The notes: a model not told the origin generated them from the sequence alone. A DNA stretch of 64,000 nt from a virus (IMGVR_UViG_3300032307_000691), one strand, 5' to 3'. Positions 17,079 through 26,830 are shown, counted from the first letter of the stretch. Numbers and translations: made by a program.

Positions 17079-17816
17079 TTATTTTACTTCAACAAAATCA
17101 TCGGTATCATCGAGAGTAATTTCTTGAATCACCTTTTCTTTTGGTGAATATGTTTTGATTATAGTTATTTTTTCCTCACCATCAGAAGGTAAATGATGGT
17201 AAATGCTGTTTGGGTTTGGTAATCCGCTTGGGTAATTGTTATTGACAACAATTGCCTCACCCTTTATTGATTTGAATTTCATATCAACCTTCGGAAATTC
17301 AATCTCACCTCCTTCAATAATACTATTTAAAAATATAATGGCCGTCCAAGTACCGGAGATAGTACTGTAAACGTCTTCATCATTGTGTTTCTGAACTTCA
17401 ATGATGTCCTGTTCTCCCGATTCAATTCCGGTTAAAACATTGATTCTCTTTTCGATGATGTCAAGGAATTCTTGATTCATTTCAATGACACTATCGCACT
17501 CGGCATATGTTAGAAACTCAGGTACTCGATAAATTTCGAGAGATGTGTTTTCAATTAGATATGCATTAGGATTATCACATAATGTTCGATTTAACGGTAC
17601 CAATGTGACTTCAGGAGTTTTTTGTAACTCCGTTTGTGTATACTGTCGTCTCCATATCATAGGATTCACAGGTTCAATATCTAATTCATTTTTCACAAGT
17701 TCATAACTAAAACCGTGATTTAAAAGAATGTTGAAGATGGATTCTTTATTAAAACCATTAACCACATTGGTCCAAATCCATAGTTTCCACTCGGGAGAAA
17801 ATTTTGTAATGTACAT
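17079..17816 (-). CDS. 2OG-Fe(II) oxygenase, prolyl-4-hydroxylase-like
   Basis: HND...IIEGGEIEFP...YHHLP...K matches HxD...GGxxxFP...H...K/R. Confidence 0.5.
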   Translation of the reverse strand: MYITKFSPEWKLWIWTNVVNGFNKESIFNILLNHGFSYELVKNELDIEPVNPMIWRRQYTQTELQKTPEVTLVPLNRTLCDNPNAYLIENTSLEIYRVPEFLTYAECDSVIEMNQEFLDIIEKRINVLTGIESGEQDIIEVQKHNDEDVYSTISGTWTAIIFLNSIIEGGEIEFPKVDMKFKSIKGEAIVVNNNYPSGLPNPNSIYHHLPSDGEEKITIIKTYSPKEKVIQEITLDDTDDFVEVK

Positions 17817-17827
17817 TATAATATCAA

Positions 17828-18316
17828 TTAATTATCAAACCAAAAAACAACTCTGAAAGCATTCTCTTTTACAGTATATCTTTTTTCATCGTCATTTGTA
17901 ATCCAAAACTCATCTCTAAATCTATTTTCCATCAGTTCAACGAATCCTCTTAACGTTTCCGTCACTTCCTCGTCTTCCGAATTATTATAGAGGTAATCTT
18001 TGAGTTCTTTTAATGTATAATAAGATGGTGTGTGAGCATCTATACCCCATCTTTCAAACTCTTTTCGTGTGGCATCTGTCACATCCTCTGGTAATCCACG
18101 AGGGTCATCAATTGGGTCATAAGAACCTCTAACCTCAGCGAGAATACTGAACAAATCATAGTTCCTTCCCCAATAGAATGGTATTAAATCATATTCTCGT
18201 TCATTCTCATGTGAACTGAAGTCCGGATTTAATTGCCAATGGTCAACATTGACCCATTTGTATTCACCATTTACTGAGGTGTACTTCTCTAAATAAACAT
18301 GTATATCGCATCCCAT
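17828..18316 (-). CDS. hypothetical protein (162 aa)
   Basis: ORF track. Confidence 0.5.
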   Translation of the reverse strand: MGCDIHVYLEKYTSVNGEYKWVNVDHWQLNPDFSSHENEREYDLIPFYWGRNYDLFSILAEVRGSYDPIDDPRGLPEDVTDATRKEFERWGIDAHTPSYYTLKELKDYLYNNSEDEEVTETLRGFVELMENRFRDEFWITNDDEKRYTVKENAFRVVFWFDN

Positions 18317-18352
18317 ATCTAAAAGATAATAAATAAAATTTGAAAAACCAAA

Positions 18353-19324
18353 TTAGAATACGTTTAATTGTTTAACTAATGAATGAATGGTTTTGTGTCT
18401 TGAGAACGTATCTACAATGGTTCCGTCTTGGATATCTTTTACACTATTCGTACAGTAGATACCATCAAAGTATTGTACTAAGAAGTCAAACCCCACACTA
18501 AAAATACCATGGGTAACCACTAAGTAGTTCTTACCATAATGTTGTGGTTGAACTGAACTTGATAACTTTCTTTTCTCTTCGATTGCCTTAGCAATTTCAA
18601 TAAAGGTTCTACCACCATCACAAATGTCATCAAAGATGAAGAAGTCCTTATCGGCATCATGTACTGACATTGGTACATCGGTGTAATCAATTGCACCTGT
18701 TTCAATATTACGATGTTTTGATGAGATGATAACGTTGTGTTTGTATTTTACATTCTCAGCAACATGGAATACTTTTTTCAATGCACCAGCGTCAGGAGAA
18801 ACAAACCGAACCTTTTCAAAATTATCGGTACTCCATGTTTCAAATCCTTTTGAAATGAAATAATCACGTAACGCAAAATCGGCAAGGTCTATGTTATCAA
18901 TTTTCTTGAAGTTGCCAATACACGCCTCAAGTACATCACTATGTGGGTCTATGACGGTAACACTATTATAGCCCTGTGAGTTAATAATTGGTGCAATAAC
19001 ATGTTTGATGTAATTAATACCACCATCCATGAATTTTCTATCACTTCTACCACCAATACAATATGGAATGTAGAGGTCAATGTTTTTAACACCAACTTCT
19101 TTCAATGCTTGTGTTGCACAGATGATAAGTTCAAGGTCACTGAATGTATTCAATCTTGATTTGATTTCGATGCCATGGGTCTTATCTGAATCTCTAAGAG
19201 ATTCAAATGTATTGTACCCGTCTTCAATCAATCTTACCGATTGTTGACCATCAGGAAAACGACTAATTTCATATTTGAATGAGAATCTGTCGTTTGGATT
19301 TACGAGATTTAAAGTTTCTGCCAT
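18353..19324 (-). CDS. prs: ribose-phosphate pyrophosphokinase (PRPP synthetase)
   Basis: VRFVSPDAGALKKV and DDICDGGRTF match the Prs VSPDxGGxxRA and DDxxDTGGT PRPP-binding motifs. Confidence 0.75.
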   Translation of the reverse strand: MAETLNLVNPNDRFSFKYEISRFPDGQQSVRLIEDGYNTFESLRDSDKTHGIEIKSRLNTFSDLELIICATQALKEVGVKNIDLYIPYCIGGRSDRKFMDGGINYIKHVIAPIINSQGYNSVTVIDPHSDVLEACIGNFKKIDNIDLADFALRDYFISKGFETWSTDNFEKVRFVSPDAGALKKVFHVAENVKYKHNVIISSKHRNIETGAIDYTDVPMSVHDADKDFFIFDDICDGGRTFIEIAKAIEEKRKLSSSVQPQHYGKNYLVVTHGIFSVGFDFLVQYFDGIYCTNSVKDIQDGTIVDTFSRHKTIHSLVKQLNVF

Positions 19325-19336
19325 TTTGATTTTGTT

Positions 19337-20128
19337 TTAACTTGACCAATGAAGGTAATATTGTTCTTTATTTTCTTTTGATAGCACGTACTTAATTGTG
19401 TCACGAACAATTTCAAGTGCTTGGATGTACCAAGTATTATCACTTTCAGTTACTACATATACACATGGTTGTTCGTTGAAAATCTTGTAGGTACCGGGAA
19501 TCATCGCCAAAACCTTTAGTGGTTCCGCCATATTAAATTCTCCACGTGAGCTTGAATAGTTGTACTTTTCTCTATCATGGTTACGTTCTTTATCCAACTC
19601 TTCCAAGAAGATATCTAACGCATCTTTTTCAGAGTGTACATCAGGTTCTTTAAACATATTTCCTGATACCTGATGGACACGGTATGCCCCTTTCTTTTTG
19701 AATTCTTCAATGGTTTCTTCACAACGAACCAAACAATCTTCCCATTTTGGTTTAAATACGTAATCCTCTTCTTCCTTGTTGAAAATGTCATAGAGGGTTG
19801 GTAAATCTAAATTTCTAAGAATCCTTTCAATACCACTTTCATTGTATGAACTCCTGAAGTAACCAATTTTAAAGTGGTGGTCAGGATAATCGGGATGAGA
19901 CTCTTCAATTTGTTCTTTGTTTGTGTCATCGTCTCCCCATTCATCTAAACCAAGTGATTCGGCGTATTCTTTACACTTTGTTCTAATCTCATCTTTTGTT
20001 TGTTGAGATAGTGTATCGTATTCACCAACTTCACCCCACAATTTATCACTATACTCTTGGTATTTGGTTTGAAGTTCCTGTGTCTTGTTGATATCGTCAT
20101 AACGATATAAATAAATGTCAAGTCCCAT
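19337..20128 (-). CDS. hypothetical protein (263 aa)
   Basis: ORF track; no NMNAT (H/T)xGH motif seen. Confidence 0.5.
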   Translation of the reverse strand: MGLDIYLYRYDDINKTQELQTKYQEYSDKLWGEVGEYDTLSQQTKDEIRTKCKEYAESLGLDEWGDDDTNKEQIEESHPDYPDHHFKIGYFRSSYNESGIERILRNLDLPTLYDIFNKEEEDYVFKPKWEDCLVRCEETIEEFKKKGAYRVHQVSGNMFKEPDVHSEKDALDIFLEELDKERNHDREKYNYSSSRGEFNMAEPLKVLAMIPGTYKIFNEQPCVYVVTESDNTWYIQALEIVRDTIKYVLSKENKEQYYLHWSS

Positions 20129-20129
20129 G

Positions 20130-21650
20130 TTACAATCTATTTAAACGTTTACGAATTTCTGTTAAAGTTATTTGATTATGGAACTGTCCATTCTCATAAA
20201 TCGTTTGGAGAATACCCTGTGATTCTTGCTCCCAAGTACATTGTGTTAATACTTCATGTTCTTCAGTTACACAAATCAAACCCTTCAGGGATTTCTTGGT
20301 ACCATCATCAGTAACTGGGTCCTTATAGATGTCGTAAGAATGATATGTTTCTATCCCCACCTCATCTATTGTTTTTACCTCAAACCAAGCACCTTTAGCT
20401 GCGAAACCTAATGTGTCACGGGTATTCATTTGGTAAGTGAATGAACCAACACCTAATACGATGTTTGTTGCCGCAAATCCTTTAGCTTCTAATCTTCTAT
20501 AGATTTCCAATTGACGTTCTAACGTGATTGAATCACCGTAGATTGCTCCGATGTGTGGGTCAAGAACTTTGTAACCTTTATCATTGATTGTTCCACCAAA
20601 GATGTCCCAAAGTAATTCGATAACACCCTTAGCAGCAGGGTCCGTGACATTCTTATTTTCAGTGTACTGTAGTTCGTCATCGATAGAATAACTAAATCCA
20701 TAATCACCACAAATAATATCCACCGGATTACCTGAGTCAGGACGGATAACCAACTTACCGTCACGAGCCATGATAGCTTCTTTGTTTGCTGGTAAGTATT
20801 CGGTAATCAACTTCCACAAGTCAAATGTGTCAGATACGATTGAAAGGATTCCTTTAGGAAAATCAACCAACCAATCGGCAATCATTTGTTGTTCACCAAC
20901 CGTAAAGATTTTAGTTGTTGATACTGAGTGTTCAGATGCGTTTACTGAGTACACACATACTTGGTCTTCAGGTTCGTTGTAGAAGTAACGAGCACCGGGG
21001 ATGCAAATGATTGTATCAGAACCAAGGAATGAAGATGCGTGTCCTAATCCACTTGATAACATATCCCAAGGACTTAATCCACGTGCGGAGAAGTCATGAC
21101 AAAGGAAAGGAATCAAGAAAGCATTTGACGGGTCTGTCTTCATAACCCACTCAACAACATTACGTCTGTATTGTAGGGCAATTGTTGCTGATGTTGAAGG
21201 TTTCCATGACAATGAACTGATGATTGTTTCCAAGTACAAAGTCAACCATGCAAATCCATCAACAGTATTGATGAAAGTCATGTGAGGTACGTTTGGATTC
21301 GTTTCAATACCTTCGGGTAATGACTTAACACGGATAGGTAGGTACCCTAACTTGTGTAACTCAACGAAGTGTGTTGCATCGTAATCCATTCCAAGATACA
21401 TCGACATATCCTTTCCGAATCTTTCTGCAACCTCAATTGGTTGGTTGAAGAAGTTCTCTTGGAACTCGTCATGTAACCATTTAACAACAAGTTGTTGTCC
21501 GAATGATACAATTTTACTTACACCTCTTGGTGCATACTTAACACTACGTGGAATCCATGTTCCGTACAAACGTGTTGTGTCTTTTGCTAACATTCTTTTG
21601 TGGCCAATCTTATAGCCATCAGTGTAGAATAATGAATTTGGTTTAAACAT
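20130..21650 (-). CDS. nadV: nicotinamide phosphoribosyltransferase
   Basis: TDGYKIGH, KSLPEG, HDFSARG, IRPDSGNP, KDPVTDDGTKKSLKG align with NAMPT. Confidence 0.85.
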   Translation of the reverse strand: MFKPNSLFYTDGYKIGHKRMLAKDTTRLYGTWIPRSVKYAPRGVSKIVSFGQQLVVKWLHDEFQENFFNQPIEVAERFGKDMSMYLGMDYDATHFVELHKLGYLPIRVKSLPEGIETNPNVPHMTFINTVDGFAWLTLYLETIISSLSWKPSTSATIALQYRRNVVEWVMKTDPSNAFLIPFLCHDFSARGLSPWDMLSSGLGHASSFLGSDTIICIPGARYFYNEPEDQVCVYSVNASEHSVSTTKIFTVGEQQMIADWLVDFPKGILSIVSDTFDLWKLITEYLPANKEAIMARDGKLVIRPDSGNPVDIICGDYGFSYSIDDELQYTENKNVTDPAAKGVIELLWDIFGGTINDKGYKVLDPHIGAIYGDSITLERQLEIYRRLEAKGFAATNIVLGVGSFTYQMNTRDTLGFAAKGAWFEVKTIDEVGIETYHSYDIYKDPVTDDGTKKSLKGLICVTEEHEVLTQCTWEQESQGILQTIYENGQFHNQITLTEIRKRLNRL

Positions 21651-21686
21651 ATTTTTTATTTTTGGTTAAAGAATTTACAATCTATA

Positions 21687-22214
21687 TTATGTGTGCATTG
21701 GGTTACCAACTAAACCACAAAGAAACTCTGAAACTAAATCTGCCTCAGAATTTCTCCAAGAATGATTTAAATAAACATCGGCGTTTTTGTGGTAATGATA
21801 ATAGTTTGAATCGAGGTGTTCTTGTGCCGCTTTGGCGGTCAAGAATGAATTAACATAAACCGGTTCTAAAGAATAAGAATGTCGTTCTAAATCCTTACAA
21901 TTCTCTTCAATCCAATCAGGTAAACCGAAGTCACAATCATTAACCCACATGTCCCTAATTTCATCTTCATTGAATTCAATCTCAGAATCTTTAAGGTAAT
22001 CGATTAATTGTTCGACGGTTTCAATTTCAATACCATAACCTCTATCCAAATAAATGTGTGTGTCACCATTTAAATCAGCATCGTATACTTTTTTCCAATC
22101 TCTAATTTGAAATAGGTGTGGCATACGAGTACCTCTTGGGTCCTGTGTTGTCATCTCTGTTGCGAGTTTAATCAACTTCGCATACATTTCATCAGATACT
22201 TCTATTGTTTTCAT
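21687..22214 (-). CDS. hypothetical protein (175 aa)
   Basis: ORF track. Confidence 0.5.
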   Translation of the reverse strand: MKTIEVSDEMYAKLIKLATEMTTQDPRGTRMPHLFQIRDWKKVYDADLNGDTHIYLDRGYGIEIETVEQLIDYLKDSEIEFNEDEIRDMWVNDCDFGLPDWIEENCKDLERHSYSLEPVYVNSFLTAKAAQEHLDSNYYHYHKNADVYLNHSWRNSEADLVSEFLCGLVGNPMHT

Positions 22215-22813
22215 TATGATAAAGAATTTGGTAAGTACAATAATGTGGGATTCTTCTTTTGAATATCAACGTCAGGATACACATTCTTAAACTGCAACAC
22301 ATCAAACCTTGAGGTAATAAAATGATAACCGTTCTTTGTTGGAATGATACATTCAATTTTATCTCCTTCGGGTCTGGTTGCGTTAATAACTTTCGTCATT
22401 CTCACAACTTCATTTTCATCTGTTGTATCCAAATCAACAATCCATCTTTTCTCTTGAGTTTTTATCTGACCAACAACAGAATCAAACAATCCTTTCTGAT
22501 TGTGTTGTCCATTCTGAATACGTTGTGCTAAGTCAACCATCATACTCAATGAAACATTAAAATGATTTTGTTTCTGAACATGGATGTATGCTCTTGCCTT
22601 AAACATCTCACATAGTTGTTTAATCTCGTCGTATCTCCTGTCAAGATGTTCGATACTTTCAATACAGTAAGTTTTAATTGTTCTTACTGATTGGTGATTA
22701 TCTCTTTCATCTTCGGGCTGGTCTTTCTTTCTTTTGAATACATAAAGCATGTAGAAGTCTCCTTTCTCTGAGAAGTTCAAAAGACCTTTTACTAATTCAA
22801 TATTATCAATCAT
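22214..22813 (-). CDS. hypothetical protein (199 aa)
   Basis: ORF track. Confidence 0.5.
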   Translation of the reverse strand: MIDNIELVKGLLNFSEKGDFYMLYVFKRKKDQPEDERDNHQSVRTIKTYCIESIEHLDRRYDEIKQLCEMFKARAYIHVQKQNHFNVSLSMMVDLAQRIQNGQHNQKGLFDSVVGQIKTQEKRWIVDLDTTDENEVVRMTKVINATRPEGDKIECIIPTKNGYHFITSRFDVLQFKNVYPDVDIQKKNPTLLYLPNSLS

Positions 22814-22814
22814 A

Positions 22815-23546
22815 TTACTGTTCTAATGTTGGTTTAAGCCACAAAATATTTTCCTTGAAAATGTAATTTCTAAGTGCAGGATAATCGTTGAGAATTTTTA
22901 ATGTTTTAATCGTATCGTGTTTGAAACATTTAAATAACTCTTCCCTAATCCTTTCAATTGAAACTACTTTCATTTTTGTTTCGTAATCATAATCTTGGAT
23001 TACCCCGTCCATGAATGGTCCAATCCAAAATCCTTTGGTTACACAAAAACGAATTGCTCTGAGTATCCTCAATGGGTCATCATCAAAGGTTACTTTACAA
23101 TCCAACGGTGTTCTCAAGTAACCTCGTTTTAAATCTTCGATTCCGTTGAAGTAATCGATTAGGTTACCATCGGTATCTTTAGCAATCGCATTTAAAGTGA
23201 AGTCCCTACGAATCAAATCATCGTATAAAGTGCCAGGTTCAATTATTGGTTGTCTTGTGCCGGGAATGTAACCAACCTCTTTACGAGCCATTACAAAATC
23301 GGCAACACCCTGATGTTTATGTCCCACCGGAAACTTTGCTCGTATGGTAAAACAATCAGGTGTAACCAAAAATAATTCAAACCCTTCCTGTTTAAGATAT
23401 TCTTCAAGAATGCCAAACATGGTATGAGCAGAACTAACGTCTTTTAATAAATCATCTGATGGTACTGCAACGTAATCGACATCCTTAGATTCTAATTCAA
23501 GAATCTCGTCTCTAACCTTACCACCCACTTCATAAAATGTAAACAT
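22815..23546 (-). CDS. minimal nucleotidyltransferase (CCA-adding / polyA-polymerase head domain)
   Basis: N-terminal YEVGGKVRDEIL...DVDYV matches the GGxVRD...DxD head-domain motif. Confidence 0.6.
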   Translation of the reverse strand: MFTFYEVGGKVRDEILELESKDVDYVAVPSDDLLKDVSSAHTMFGILEEYLKQEGFELFLVTPDCFTIRAKFPVGHKHQGVADFVMARKEVGYIPGTRQPIIEPGTLYDDLIRRDFTLNAIAKDTDGNLIDYFNGIEDLKRGYLRTPLDCKVTFDDDPLRILRAIRFCVTKGFWIGPFMDGVIQDYDYETKMKVVSIERIREELFKCFKHDTIKTLKILNDYPALRNYIFKENILWLKPTLEQ

Positions 23547-23567
23547 AGTACAAAAATAAAAAATTAT

Positions 23568-23588
23568 TTAGAATATCCAAAAAAAATA
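23568..23588 (-). promoter_or_regulatory. GAATATTC-type promoter-like box (GGATATTCTAAA)
   Basis: 22 nt upstream of start 23546. Confidence 0.45.
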
Positions 23589-23609
23589 AAACCCCTTTCG
23601 GGGTTTTTT
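23588..23609. terminator. bidirectional rho-independent terminator
   Basis: AAAACCCCTTTCGGGGTTTTTT. Confidence 0.7.
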
Positions 23610-23644
23610 ATTCATCGTAGAAATCTACGTAATCAATATGTTCC

Positions 23645-23935
23645 TCATCCATGGTATTCGTATATGTCCCATTCGGGTTTGTTGAAACCGTACATTCTGT
23701 GAATGTGAGAATTCTCAGACCAATCCGCCTTTGCTTGACGTTTGATTTCAGTTAGGAATCGTTTAGCGTCCTTCATATTATCAAACAACTTAGGTCGGTA
23801 ATCCCCATCCTTTTCTTTTTTCTTTGGCCACATCGTAGTCCAAATGTTTTCCAAATCATTAGTGTCTTCATTAATGAATTGGATTGTGTCTTTACTGTGG
23901 TAAAGGTCTTGGATGATATATTTCTTATCAGACAT
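23645..23935 (-). CDS. hypothetical protein (96 aa)
   Basis: ORF track. Confidence 0.5.
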   Translation of the reverse strand: MSDKKYIIQDLYHSKDTIQFINEDTNDLENIWTTMWPKKKEKDGDYRPKLFDNMKDAKRFLTEIKRQAKADWSENSHIHRMYGFNKPEWDIYEYHG

Positions 23936-23984
23936 TTTGTTTTGAATTAATGTTTTACTAAATGTAAGAAAAAAATTTTAATAA

Positions 23985-24551
23985 TTAAAATAACGATTTG
24001 AGGTCTTCTCTCTCAACCGCTTTCTTCACTGCTTCGACGTATCCATCACCGGCTTCAGCATATACCGAAGAAAGGTATTGATAGTATTCACGTTCATTCC
24101 TGATATCAGAAAGATATCTACACTGATAAAAAGCATAATCATAAAGTGACTCATACCAGTTATCATAGTATGCGTGCCCATGTTGAGTGCCCTTTGCGGT
24201 GTTGATTCTAACTGTTGCTTGTTTCATTCCAAAGAGATTATGGTTCTCTTTGAATATTCTACTATTGAAGTTACCTGTCTCAATAATAGATTGTGCCATC
24301 ACGATGTGGGGGAATCTAACGTTCAATCGTTTCAATTCATCAACCATCTTTTCTTTACTGAATTTATTCTTTTCGGCTTCTAAACTAATGACCAGTAATT
24401 CTTTTTCGTAATGGTCAAGAGTACTGAACCTTTGGAATCTTCCAAGTAAGAAGGAGCCAATCATTAAAATCGCTATCGAAGAGAAAAACCATTTTGTCTT
24501 CTTTGTGTCTTTTTTCCAACGTAGGGACTTTTCATCAAATCTATAAAACAT
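23985..24551 (-). CDS. membrane-anchored peptidoglycan hydrolase, glucosaminidase (FlgJ-type) domain
   Basis: N-terminal TM helix; AQSIIETGNFNSRIFKENHNLFGMK matches the AQAxxESGWGxS...NNLFGIK glucosaminidase signature. Confidence 0.6.
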   Translation of the reverse strand: MFYRFDEKSLRWKKDTKKTKWFFSSIAILMIGSFLLGRFQRFSTLDHYEKELLVISLEAEKNKFSKEKMVDELKRLNVRFPHIVMAQSIIETGNFNSRIFKENHNLFGMKQATVRINTAKGTQHGHAYYDNWYESLYDYAFYQCRYLSDIRNEREYYQYLSSVYAEAGDGYVEAVKKAVEREDLKSLF

Positions 24552-24591
24552 AATATTAGTTTTTAAAGTTAAACAAAAAATAAGCCAAAAG

Positions 24592-24753
24592 TTACAATGT
24601 CACATAATGTGAATCGTAATATGTTTTAGTCATTAAATGACCTCTAGTAACTTGTGAGAATGAGAGAGCTTCTTGGAATGTGTCAAAGTAGTATACCGTT
24701 TTACCGGTAACAATAACCCATCCTTTCTCTTTTCTTAAATCGGGACGTTCCAT
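24592..24753 (-). CDS. small hypothetical protein (53 aa), not in ORF track
   Basis: ATG at 24751-24753 (MERPDLRKEKGWVIVTGK...), stop 24592-24594. Confidence 0.25.
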   Translation of the reverse strand: MERPDLRKEKGWVIVTGKTVYYFDTFQEALSFSQVTRGHLMTKTYYDSHYVTL

Positions 24754-24754
24754 A

Positions 24755-24937
24755 TCATACTTTATTTGGATGAGAAAATGGGTAATCCTTAATATTCTTT
24801 ACCCGAGCACTCCATGAATATTTTCGAATCCAAGTGACAGCATCACGAGGGTCCTCGAAAACAACATTACGACGTTCCCAAGCTCTTACCTTGGGGTCAT
24901 CATTGAAGAAATCATAAAAAATGTGAACCTTGTTCAT
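24755..24937 (-). CDS. hypothetical protein (60 aa)
   Basis: ORF track. Confidence 0.4.
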   Translation of the reverse strand: MNKVHIFYDFFNDDPKVRAWERRNVVFEDPRDAVTWIRKYSWSARVKNIKDYPFSHPNKV

Positions 24938-24976
24938 TGTTTGTTAGATTTAATTTCATAACAAACATAAAACATA

Positions 24977-25002
24977 TTTTTGGAATATCCAAAAAAATAT
25001 TC
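24977..25002 (-). promoter_or_regulatory. GAATATTC-type promoter-like box (minus strand reads GAATATTTTTTTGGATATTCCAAAAA)
   Basis: 40 nt upstream of start 24937; abuts the stop of 25002..25307. Confidence 0.45.
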
Positions 25003-25307
25003 TAAAAACTTTTATAGGGAACGTCGACTTCTATTTCCCAACTTGGGTGACGTAATCTGAAATACTTGATTAAACCAAGTACATGTTCGTTGTGTTCATC
25101 ATTTACCAAACGGTAGGTAACTTCCTTTACGATTTTACCATCGTCATAAGCGAACTCGACATTCGACATGATAGCCATTAGTTTTCCATCATAATAGATA
25201 TCAGTTCCTATGAAACTGAATTTAGCGGTGCTAATGTTACGCAGGGGGTTAGAAGCACAACCTAAAACAATTAAGGTTGTGACAAAAAGGAGTGTGAATT
25301 TTTTCAC
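25002..25307 (-). CDS. lipoprotein (101 aa)
   Basis: Signal peptide with lipobox VLGC. Confidence 0.55.
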   Translation of the reverse strand: MKKFTLLFVTTLIVLGCASNPLRNISTAKFSFIGTDIYYDGKLMAIMSNVEFAYDDGKIVKEVTYRLVNDEHNEHVLGLIKYFRLRHPSWEIEVDVPYKSF

Positions 25308-25717
25308 GGTCTTGAGTTCAGTTGTTGGGTTAGTCGTTCACGAACTTTATCACTGATTGGAATGGAGTTTCCATCCTCATCAATACGTACAAATGTAATA
25401 TTGGTGGACAACAATACATCCTCTTCATGTGTATACACATTAAAGGAACGAGCTTCTAAGTATAGTGTGATTGAGGTGCTACCAATCTTGGCTACCTCAC
25501 CATAGATTTTAAGTAGAGAACCTTCTTTTGCTGGTTTCTTAAACACGCACTTATCTATACAGATGGTAACCATTCGTCTGTTATGACAAACCTCCATAGC
25601 ATATGCTGCAGCCGACGCGTCAATCCACGCCATTAATTTCCCCCCGAAGAGATTACCGTGAAACCCTAAGTCGGATTTCTTAATCGGGTGCATGTTAATT
25701 AAATTCAATTTCTTCAA
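25304..25717 (-). CDS. acyl-CoA thioesterase, hotdog fold (YciA-like)
   Basis: HPIKKSDLGFHGNLFGGKLMAWIDASAAAYAMEV matches the 4HBT/YciA N-terminal region. Confidence 0.65.
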   Translation of the reverse strand: MKKLNLINMHPIKKSDLGFHGNLFGGKLMAWIDASAAAYAMEVCHNRRMVTICIDKCVFKKPAKEGSLLKIYGEVAKIGSTSITLYLEARSFNVYTHEEDVLLSTNITFVRIDEDGNSIPISDKVRERLTQQLNSRP

Positions 25718-25719
25718 AA

Positions 25720-25914
25720 TTATAAATTACCGAGATTAAAACGCTTTACTAAGATGTCGTAAAGTGATTTTAATTTGAACGATTTAAACGAATCGTTTTT
25801 GTCAATCACATTTAAGATTACAACATCGTTTTCAACTTCTTTTCTCTTTTCGAATTCGTTAAAAGATTTCTCAAGAGTTTCATCAATCCAATTTTTCATG
25901 TCTTTAGTTTTCAA
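25720..25914 (-). CDS. hypothetical protein (64 aa)
   Basis: ORF track. Confidence 0.4.
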   Translation of the reverse strand: MKTKDMKNWIDETLEKSFNEFEKRKEVENDVVILNVIDKNDSFKSFKLKSLYDILVKRFNLGNL

Positions 25915-26396
25915 AACAAATAAATTTTTGCCCCAAGTGTGAGATTAGTATTTCCATCTCGATACATTTCCTGAAAGGTGTGCAAAGATAGGTATATTGG
26001 ATTTACAATTCTAAAATCAATACCAACCTTACCGACCATCCCATTGTATGTTTTATAGATAGAAGGACCAATCCCGCCACTAATAAACAATCTTTTCGTC
26101 TTTTTGTTCTGATAAACATAGTTTATTAAATAATAAAAGTTTACCGGTTGACTGTTTAGTACAAATGGTTCATTCTGAACAATGTACATGCCCAAAGAAA
26201 TTGGTCTATGACCTAATTCAATTGATGATATGGAATTCTTAGAATTGAATCCATACCCAATGGAATAGAATGTGTTATAGTTTCTCGGTCCATATGATAG
26301 TGAATGGTTAAACAAACGAGAACCAATACCCGGATTTAATTGTGCGGATACTTGAACGCTTGTCAATACCAATAAAACTATAACTAATCTTTTCAT
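25911..26396 (-). CDS. small outer-membrane beta-barrel-like protein
   Basis: Signal peptide ending VSAQ; Y/G/N-rich alternating pattern; C-terminal ...KIYLF aromatic terminus. Confidence 0.5.
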   Translation of the reverse strand: MKRLVIVLLVLTSVQVSAQLNPGIGSRLFNHSLSYGPRNYNTFYSIGYGFNSKNSISSIELGHRPISLGMYIVQNEPFVLNSQPVNFYYLINYVYQNKKTKRLFISGGIGPSIYKTYNGMVGKVGIDFRIVNPIYLSLHTFQEMYRDGNTNLTLGAKIYLF

Positions 26397-26830
26397 TTCA
26401 TTAATGGTTCTAAACCTACTTTATCAAATACAATATTAGACAGTTTCCTGAATGAAACATCGGTTTCATAAACGTCCTCAAACTTTCTTACGTTATGAAT
26501 CGCGGTGGTGTGGTCCCTGTTACCAATCTTATGACCGATATGGGTATATGTTAACCTACATTTTTTTCTTAAAATGTATGCAACTATAAGACGAGCATCT
26601 ACAAACTCACGATTCCTATTTTTAGAAACCATTTGTTCATGAGTAATCCCAAACCTCTCAAGAATAATCTTAATTATTACGTCTTCATTCATTCGGTCTT
26701 TTAATTTGTACAAATATGGATGTTTACTCACATCCAACATTTCAACTTTAAGACCGGGATATATGTAAGGACTAATTTTATTACTCATTAGGTAGTTCTT
26801 GAATTTGAGCCAGATAATCGGTAACCTCAT
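26393..26830 (-). CDS. DnaA domain-IV-like helix-turn-helix protein
   Basis: [13 protein letters not shown]...[23 protein letters not shown] matches the DnaA C-terminal DNA-binding motif (GRDHTTVLHAxRKI). Confidence 0.6.
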   Translation of the reverse strand: MRLPIIWLKFKNYLMSNKISPYIYPGLKVEMLDVSKHPYLYKLKDRMNEDVIIKIILERFGITHEQMVSKNRNREFVDARLIVAYILRKKCRLTYTHIGHKIGNRDHTTAIHNVRKFEDVYETDVSFRKLSNIVFDKVGLEPLMK

